Source: Octopus vulgaris (lineage: Eukaryota). From it: a DNA stretch of 64,000 bases. The DNA is taken from contig OX597840.1 of assembly GCA_951406725.2 (NCBI GenBank), forward strand, positions 34,658,001 to 34,722,000. Reading direction: 5' to 3'. Numbering within the stretch: position 1 is the first letter of the stretch; the number at the start of each line of letters is the position of its first letter. A model generated the notes under the pieces. The model saw only the letters and a list, made by a program, of their open reading frames with translations. It had not been told where the DNA came from and did not search any database. A program made the position numbers and the translations under genes. This document shows positions 54,428 through 64,000 of this stretch, piece after piece.

Positions 54428-55137
54428 CTGTGTTTGTCCCCCCAACATCGCTTGACAACCGATGCTGGTATGTTTACGTCCCCGTTACTTAGCGGTTCGG
54501 CAAAAGACCGATAGAATAAGTACTAGGCTTACAAAGAATAAGTCCTGGGGTCGATTTGCTCGACTAAAAGGCAGTGCTCCAGCATGGCCGCAGTCAAATG
54601 ACTGAAACAAGTAAAAGATAAAAGAGAGAGAAAGAGAAAAGCAATTAATTTCTGACGTATATTTGCCATTGAAATATGGCTAACCCCTAAGGGTAGATGC
54701 TACTGTAGCTTGTAGCCCCAGGAGGATACACCCTCCAGCTGGCTATAGACACACTTTCTGTGCCCTATCAGTATTTGCCAAGGGAAGCCTTTATTTTCTG
54801 TAAAACGGAAGCAAAAAAAGAAAAGCTTGGTACTTTATTCTACTGGTTTCAGTGACGATACGGGAACATAAATAAACCAACAATGGTTCTCAATTATCAA
54901 GCGATGGTGGGGGACAAACACACACATACACACATCTACCTGTCTATTATTCTGTCTATTTATCTACCTACCTATCAACCTACCTGTCTATCTATCTATC
55001 TGTCTGTCTATCTATCGGTCTAGCTATCTATCCATCTATCGAAAACCAACCCCGCTTTTTTTTAATCCCCAAAAGAAAAGCTCTACCTTGTAATTTTTCC
55101 CGTCTGTGTGCAGCCCTGTGTGGCTAATAAAGAAACA

Positions 55138-55189
<52 letters not shown>

Positions 55190-55211
55190 AGTCTCTCTCT
55201 CTATCTATCTG

Positions 55212-55277
<66 letters not shown>

Positions 55278-55295
55278 AGTCTCTCTCTCTATCTG

Positions 55296-55382
<87 letters not shown>

Positions 55383-55399
55383 GTCTGTCTATCTATCGG

Positions 55400-55465
<66 letters not shown>

Positions 55466-56271
55466 AGTCTCTCTCTCTCTCTCTATCTATCTGTCTGTCT
55501 ATCTATCTATCTATCTATCTATCGATCTATTTGTCGCCGTAAACATTTTTTTGCCGTGAAAATACTTTTATTGCTTGTCCCACGATGATAAGGTCGCTTT
55601 TTTTCTTTGTCTATCTACTCCATTAACAATTACAACCTCCCGTGGATATCTACTGCCCAGGTATGTTCCCAGCAAGTACTACACAACAACAAAAACAACA
55701 GCCTCTCTCAACACACCAACTTCCTTGTCAATTCCACCAGCACCCCGCCTACCATGACCACCACTGGCAATTATGTGATAAGATAAGTTCCTTACAAAAT
55801 TTACCCTCTGCTATCATCAGGAACATTAATTTATCTGACCTGCATTATGCCCACTCGATCCCCCCACCCGCCGCTAACCAGGTTGTCTAATCTTGACACC
55901 CTTATAAGAACAACAACGAAGAGGGTCGCACACGGTCGTTTCAATCACTAGAAATAACAGTCGAATCTCCTTCAAACCGTATCACATCGTACATTCTGCT
56001 CTCTTTAAAAAAAAAGTGGGGGAAAAACAGAAAATGTTATATAATAGCAACAAACATGGCTGTGTGTGGTTAAGAAGCTTGCTTTGTAATCCATGAGGTT
56101 TTGGATTCAGTTCCAGGCCCAATCCCATTGGGTGGCACCTTGGGTAAGTGGCTTCCCACAATAGCTCTGGGCTGACCAATGCCTTGGCAGCGGAGCTGGG
56201 AGAGAGAAACTGTGGGAAAGCTCATTACACACACACATTATATATATAGGTATATATATATAAAAGGCATA

Positions 56272-56321
<50 letters not shown>

Positions 56322-56694
56322 TATATATACATACACATACATACTGATACTCCAGCATGGTCGCTGTCAAATGGCTGATACAAGGAAAAGAAATACACAC
56401 ATACACACACACACCACGTATAGTAACAGGTGAGTATGATCCAGGGGACATAAGTATTGGAAGTTAGTGAGTTCTGATCCCTGATAAAGCTAGTATTCAT
56501 ACATACGTACAAACATACGTACGTAAATACATACATACATACAAACGTACGTACATACATACATGCACACACACACACATATATACGCACACACACACAT
56601 ATATGTACATATATATATAAACATATATACACATGCACACATGTACATATATATATATATATATATGCATATATATGTGTGTGTGTGTGTATAC

Positions 56695-56747
<53 letters not shown>

Positions 56748-58311
56748 ATTAGGGAGTATAACTCCAAACTTACAGGGAAAAATTCAATTTAGTATTAAAT
56801 CAAATTTCACAATATAAATATGAGATCTAGTATTATGTTTTATAAAAATATATTTTATTTGTTATTTATGTTTTGGTTAGGGTTAGGTTAGGTCTATCAC
56901 TGTTTCAGTCGCATAGTAGTGGTTTTATCTCTAATTTATATTTTATATATATATGTATATATATGCCAAATCAAATAAACGACCATAACAAATCTAACAA
57001 TAGGATGTGTTGCACATGGAGTGTCTTGGTCTGACGCTCAGTAAAAAAGAGTTTTGATGTTTCAAGCATGGCTCTTTATTGGAAAGAAGAAAGGGGGAAA
57101 GAAAAAGTCCAAAGAAGGGAAAAAACAAATCCTCAACAGCACGTGTGTAGTTACATTGCTGGTGTGTGTATATATATATGTGTGTGTGTGTGTACACATA
57201 CATGCAATGGGCATCTTCTGGGTTTTTTGTCTACCAAATCCACTCACAAGGCTTTGGTCAGCCTGAGGCACTTGCCCATGGTGCCACACAGTGGGACTGA
57301 ACCTGGAACCATGTGGTTGGGAAGCAAGCTACTTACCACACACAGTCACGACTGCACCTATGTATGTGTGTGTATGTATGTGCATGTACGTGTGTATGTA
57401 AGTACGTGTATGTAAGTATGTGTGTATATGTATGCATGTATGTGTGCTTGTATGTGTATGTGCATGTATGCATGTGTATGTGTGTATGTATGTGTGTGCA
57501 TGCATGTGTGTGTATGTACATGTGTATGTATGTATGTGTGTATGTATGTGTGTGTGCCTGAGTATGTGTGACGGTTTGTACCCGTGTGTTAGGAGTCTTC
57601 ATACCCTGACATTGTGTGATAATTGTGAATGAATGTCACCGACATACAAGTGGTGTCCATTTCCAATCTTCTGCAAAAACATGTCTGGTCATAGGGAAAT
57701 ATCCTTTGACATGGAAACGGGTGATGGTTGGTGACAGGAAAAGCATCCAGCTGTACAATATACACCTCAACAAATTCCGTCCAAGCAAGAATGGAAATGT
57801 GAACGTTCAAATGATGATGGTGACAACATATAAGTCTTTCTGGTTTACCTAATCTGAAAGAAATAGCAGCCAAAATTCCCTCAACTCAGAAAGAAATAAC
57901 AGCCCAAATTCGCCAAGTCCTAGCTATATTGTATCTAAGCAAAGAGAAAGGATGGTCACAGGTGGTTTAGCTTTGATCATTTACCTGCTTTATCAGGGCT
58001 AATCTAGGCTGAGAAAAGACAATGAACAAATGAGGGAACCTCAATGTGGTACACCAATCTGCTAGACATAGTGCTTGTGTTAAGTCCTTCATTCCTTATG
58101 GAGAATAGGCTATCAGTGACTCTTCTCCACTCTTCTTGAATCTAGGATATTTTTACTGTCTTCTCTCCAGATGGATCCCTACTTTTAGGGGCCCCTGCCT
58201 CTGAATTCTGCTTCCAGTTATTTTTAGGGTATCCCCTCTTCTGGTTCCTTTGTGGGTTTCAGGTCAGGGTCAGACGTGTGATGCAGGTTATAATAATGAT
58301 AATGAAATTAT

Positions 58312-58897
58312 TGTATACAGTGCTCAGGTGCACCACAACTTGTCAAAAGTGCATATAAAGCATATGCAGTAATGTAAAAATGTCTGGAAAGTAAACAGTG
58401 TATGAGTCAGATCCATGCTTGTGTGTGTATGGAGGGGAGAAAGATCAGGTGTAGTGTTGGCGAATCTCAGGAAGCATGGAAGTTTTGAAGGATGCAGTGC
58501 TCCGACAACTAACAACTGATGCCGGCAGTCTGTTCCATGCTTCAGCAACTCTCAGCGTGAAAAAATGTTTCCTAAAGTCATGGGAGCTGTGCTGTTTTCT
58601 GACTTTGTAAACATATCCACGGGTGTTAGACGGGTAGAGTGTGAACAGGTGCTCAGAGTTATTGTTTGTAAGATGGTTAATAAATTTATGGGTGTCTGCT
58701 AAGTCAGCTGCCAGACGTCGGAGTTTCAATGTATCCATGCCCAGGGAAGTAAGGTGTTCAGAATATGGCAAATGCCTGATGGAGGGTATTCTCTTGGTTG
58801 CATGTCACTGAACGGCTTCCAGACGATTGATATCCTGGACAAGATAGGGGTTCCAGATCAGTGATGCAAATTCCAGGTGAGGCCCCACCATAGCTAT
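58312..58897 (-). mobile_element. CR1-clade LINE 3' fragment
   Basis: LPYSEHLTSLGMDTLKLRRLAADL...NTRGYVYKVRKQ..RKHFFTLRVAEAWNRLP. Confidence 0.85.
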
Positions 58898-59232
58898 TGT
58901 TGCTTTCCAAGTGGATTTTACAGCTTTGTGTCATGTGAAGGCCTTCTTCTCCGGACTCTTGTCGGGTTTAAATTGTCACCAAAGTTTTTGTAAGTTTGCT
59001 TTTTCCTAGCTAAGATTGTTGGCCCTACACAAACCCATTTTTACCTCTGGGGAGAGGTGGCCCATATTAGTTTGATCTCTATCTTTTGACCTGTCCAACA
59101 TGCGAAGCCCTACCAGGAGCTTGTGATCTGCTGGCACAGCTCTCAGGGTCATTGAAGCACATAAGCCAGTCCACCACAACGACTGGACCTCGTAGTAGAC
59201 CTGCTAGATATAGCAACCAAATATTCCTTAAG

Positions 59233-59455
59233 TTAACCCTTTCATTACCAACCCGGCTGAAACCGGCCTTGGCTCTGAGTACAAATGTCTTGTTTTCATA
59301 AGTTCTGAATTAAAATCTTCCACCAAACCTTAGTCACAATTTATGTTCCTAACATAAATGATAATAAAGTTATTTTACTAAATTCTTTGTTATATTTAAA
59401 GTAATTGAAAGAAACTCAGAGCATCTCAAAATAAATACAGTAACAAAAGGGTTAA
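59233..59455. mobile_element. piggyBac-type MITE
   Basis: TTAA-CCCTTTCATTAC ... GTAACAAAAGGG-TTAA. Confidence 0.78.
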
Positions 59456-60000
59456 ACTCTACAATATTCCATAAAACATTCCCAAGAAGACAGGACAGTC
59501 ATAGGTGGAATGTCTTTGACCTCTAGAATAAGCTGGAACTAAAAAACAACAGCAAAATTGGCAGAATTTTTAGAGAATCAGATAAAATTCCTTGTATTCA
59601 GTGATATTCCATGACGTTCAAAGATCAGATTCTGCAAAGGTCAACATAACCTTTCCTCTTCCAACTAAACAAACAAAACCTGCCAAGGGTTGCATATTGG
59701 TATTCTAACCTTGATAAGGTATCGCAGATCTTTTATCCTCTACTGGTTTCAGTTCATTTGACCGCGGCCATGCTGGAGCATTGCCTTGAAGAGTTTGGTT
59801 GATAGAATAAATCAACCCCAACAGTTATTTTCAAGTCCAGTACTTAATCTATCATTCTCTTATATGTTGAATTGCTAGGTCGTGGGGGATGCAAACAAAC
59901 CCACCCCAGCTGTCAAGTAGTGATGGGGGGGATGAATACACACACATCATAAGTGTCTTGGTCAAGAACACAACACGCGTGTGTGTATGTGTACATACAT

Positions 60001-60039
<39 letters not shown>

Positions 60040-60634
60040 CACTACACTCATGGAACACTACACTCACGGTGTGGTCGGCATTAGGAAGGGCATCCAGCCG
60101 TAGAAACTCTGCCAGACCAGACTGGAGCCTGGTGCAGCCTCCTGGCTTCCCAGACCCCAGTTGAACCGTCCAACCCATGCCAGCACGGAAAGCGGATGCT
60201 AAACAATGATGATGATGTATACATAAATACACACACATACACACACATATGTATACAGACAGACGGACAGCCACACACACACACATGTGTGATGGGCTTC
60301 CTTACAGTTTCTGTCAACCAAATTTACTCAAAAAATTGGCCAGGGGCTATAGGTGACGATATTTGCCCAGTGTGCCACACAGTGGGATTGAACCTGGAAC
60401 TAAACAGTCGGAAAGCACACTTCTTAACCACAAAACAACATCTGTGCCAAAAATAGAAAACAAACCAAAAAAAAACCCCCAAGGAGTGGCTGTGTGGTAA
60501 GTAGCTTGCTTACCAACCACATGGTTCCAGGTTCAGTCCCACTGCGTGGCACCTTGGGCAAGTGTCTTCTACTATAGCCCCGGGCCGACTAAAGCCTTGT
60601 GAGTGGATTTGGTAGACGGAAACTGAAAGAAACC

Positions 60635-60677
<43 letters not shown>

Positions 60678-63172
60678 TATAGGCGTAGGAGTGGCTGTGT
60701 GGTAAGTAGCTTGTTTACCAACCACATGGTTCCGGGTTCAGTCCCACTGCGTGGCACCTTGGGCAAGCGACCTCTACTATAGCCTCGGGCCGACCAAAGC
60801 CTTGTGAGTGGATTTGGTAGACGAAAACTGAAAGAAGCCTGTCGTATATATGTATGTGTATATATATATGTGTGTGTATGTGCGTGTTTGTCCCCCCAGC
60901 ATCACTTGACAACCGATGCTGGTGTGTTTACGTCCCCATCACTTAGCGGTTCGGCAAAAGAGACCGATAGAATAAGTACTAGGCTTACAAAGAATAAGTC
61001 CTGGGGTTGATTTGCTCGACTATAAAGGCGGTGCTCCAGCATGGCCGCAGTCAAATGACTGAAAACAAGTAAAAGAGTAAAAGAGTAATAGAGTAAGTAA
61101 AGAAAAATTACCGTATTTTCTCTTAGTTTTTTTTCTCTCCAAAGATTTCGGAACAAATGAAGAATTTGGAATCGGAAGATTTCTTCCCTGACAATCCTCC
61201 AAAGACGTAAATCTTAGGTCCACAGGCAATTAAACACTCACAGACAATCAGATTATCACAAACTGTAATATTTGATGTCTTTAGTAAACAAGCAATTATG
61301 AAATATAGATTTCACAGCGTACGCTTATATATGCTCCCCCGGTTTAGCAAAATCATTGAATTAGGAGATAAGACTCCAAAGTAGAATAGATAGATAAATT
61401 GAATCAAACAATTAATTAAGATTTAGTGGGAGTGGGGAGGGGGACGGGGTGGAGGTGGAGGTGTAACGAACCATTTTAGGAAAACAATGGAACTGATAAC
61501 AAATTTTAATTACTTAATCAGCAGGTATTTCCAATTTCAATTATTAATGCATACACACATACATTCATATATACACACACATACATATATATGCATTCAT
61601 ATATACATGGATATAATACACATGTGCGCAGGAGTGGCTGTGTGGTGAATAGCTTGCTTACCAACCACACGGTTCCGGGTTCAGTCCCACTGCGTGGCAC
61701 CTTGGGCAAGTGTCTTCTACTATAGCCTCAGGCCAACCAAAGCCTTGTGAGTGGATTTGGTAGGCGGAAACTGAAAGAAGCCCGTCCTATGTATGTATAT
61801 ATATGCAAGTGTGTGTTTGTGTGTCTGTGTTTGTACCCCTAGCATTGCTTGACAACCGATGCTGGTGTGTTTATGTCTCCGTTACTCAGCGGTTCGGCAA
61901 AAGAGACCGATAGAATAAGTACTGGGCTTACAAAAGAATAAGTCCTGGGGTCGAGTTGCTCGATTAAAGGCGGTGCTCCAGCATAGCCGCAGTCAAATGA
62001 CTGAAACAAGTAAAAGAGTAAAAGAGCATACGTATATATACACATGTAGACACACACATGCACATACACACACACACACTATAATTATCTTAATTTATTT
62101 TTTGGTGATTATTGCTCGTCAAATAAATAAATAATTGTTTTTTTAAAAATCGGTGAAGACTGCAAGTCATAGTTTAAAATGATAACGACCACCCGTCACC
62201 ATCCTACCATCCTCCCCTGTCACTTTTGAAACGTTAACTTGTTTATAAATTTCCATTTTTAGATTTATGTTTCAGACTTTGGAAATAATTATAATTCTGG
62301 CCAAAAATAAATTCACAAACTCAAGATTTTTGCAAATCTTTCTCTTCTCCAGGAAACCTTACGCTAACCTCAAACTTAAAATCTGACCCCTAAATTCTAA
62401 CTTTAAAGTTAGGGTATATTTTTTTTAATCAGCCACTCATTCTCATTTCAAATTACTCTTTTACTTGTTTCAGTCATTTGACTGTGGCCATGCTGGAGCA
62501 CCGCCTTTAGTCAAACAAATCGACCCCAGGACCTATTCTTTGTAAGCCTAGTACTTATTCTATCGGTCTCTTTTGCCAAACTGCTAAGTCAGGCCGCACC
62601 GTAGCTATATAAACCCTCAGATAGATAGCCGAAGAGCGGCTCACAAAGGCCAACCATTGTTGCCGGCTTGGGTGTTCATTTCTTGAGACATCATTTGTTG
62701 CCCGACAAGTTTTATGTTTGGAAAATTGTTTGTAAAATGATTTGTTCATGATGAGAGGCATTTGTAAACTGTATAGATCGATAGTGTGGGGGCGCAATGG
62801 TCCAGTGGTTAGGGCAGTAGACTCGCGGCTGGAGGATCGCGGTTTCGATTCCCAGACCGGGCGTTGTGTGTGTTTATTGAGCGAAAACACTTAAAAGCTC
62901 CATGAGGTTCCGGCAGGGGGTGGCGACCCCTGTTGTACTCTTTCACCACAACTTTCTCTCAATCTCTCTTCCTGTTTCCTGAGTATTGCGATGGACTGGT
63001 GTCCTGTCCAGCTGGTGGGGGGGAGGCACATATGCCACAGAAACTGGGAAACCGGGTCCATGAGCCTGGCTAGGCTTGAAAACGGCGAGATTACTCATTA
63101 TATATTGATAGTATTGAACATAAATCATGAGTGATATAGTTTTGAGAGGAATATAAAAAAAAAAAACAGAAA

Positions 63173-63750
63173 TAGTGTGGCCATACTTGGAATTTGCATC
63201 ACCAGTCTGGAACCCCTATCTTGCTCAGGATATTGACCTCCTGGAAACTGTTCAGCGACGTGCAACCAAGCGAATACCCTCCATCAAGCATCTACCATAT
63301 TCTGGATGCCTTGCTTCCGTGGGCATAGATACATTGAAACACCAACGTCTGGCAACTGACTTGGTAAACACCTGCAAAATTATTAACCATTGCACCAACA
63401 ACCACCTTGAGCACCTTTTCAAGCTGCATGTGTCTAACAACCGTGGACATGTTTACAAAGTCAGAAAACAGCACAGCTCCTTCCATGACTTTCGGAAACT
63501 TTTTTTCAGATTCAGAGTTGCTGAAGCCTGGAACAAACAGTTGTTAGTTGCCGAGACATTGCGTTCTTTAAAGCCACCATGCTTCCTGAAATTCACCAAC
63601 ACTACACCTGATATCCACCCCGCCTCCATACGCATGCACACCTGTATATTATGACTCATACACTGATCACTTACTTGGACATTTGCACATAATTCTATGG
63701 ACTGTACCTGCACCTTTGACGAGTTGTAGTGCACCTGAGCATTATACACA
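63173..63750 (+). mobile_element. CR1-clade LINE 3' fragment
   Basis: PYLEFASPVWNPYLAQDIDLLETVQRRATKRIP...RGHVYKVRKQ..RVAEAWNK, then (ATT)n tail. Confidence 0.85.
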
Positions 63751-63756
63751 ATAATT

Positions 63757-63824
<68 letters not shown>

Positions 63825-63893
63825 TCATTACACAATAGAGTGTGTAAGAGAAAGATATAAAAAACATACACATAAATATATATATATATATGC

Positions 63894-63928
<35 letters not shown>

Positions 63929-64000
63929 TATACGTACACATACATAACATTATACATACATATATATGCACATATATTTATACATCAGTTATATGTACAC

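Overview
Repeat-saturated, AT-rich eukaryotic DNA. The tRNA-derived SINE families and extreme microsatellite load point to an octopus or related cephalopod (inference). Three genes are supportable. (1) IL-17-like gene A (+): the ORF track misses a TATA-preceded 13-codon signal-peptide exon at 24404-24442, which splices in phase 0 to the cystine-knot exon 29293-29763. (2) IL-17-like gene B (-): an 8-codon exon 36241-36218 splices in phase 0 to 35300-34821, converging on gene A; a near-identical second copy of that first exon lies at 37135-37112. (3) A heme oxygenase (-, 50372-49623) whose CDS is a single exon and lacks the usual C-terminal membrane anchor. Between the two IL-17 3' ends is an 8-unit head-to-tail array of a non-autonomous Helitron (long/short units, constant TAA spacer). 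The rest is SINEs, decayed R4/Dong-, CR1-, RTE- and CRE-like LINE fragments, a mariner relic, several MITEs, a solo LTR nested in a LINE, a 554-bp element that lands only in (ATT)n, two minimal hammerhead-ribozyme motifs and microsatellites. Nearly all other ORFs in the track are translations of simple repeats or antisense mirrors. Repeat boundaries are read by eye and approximate unless termini are quoted.
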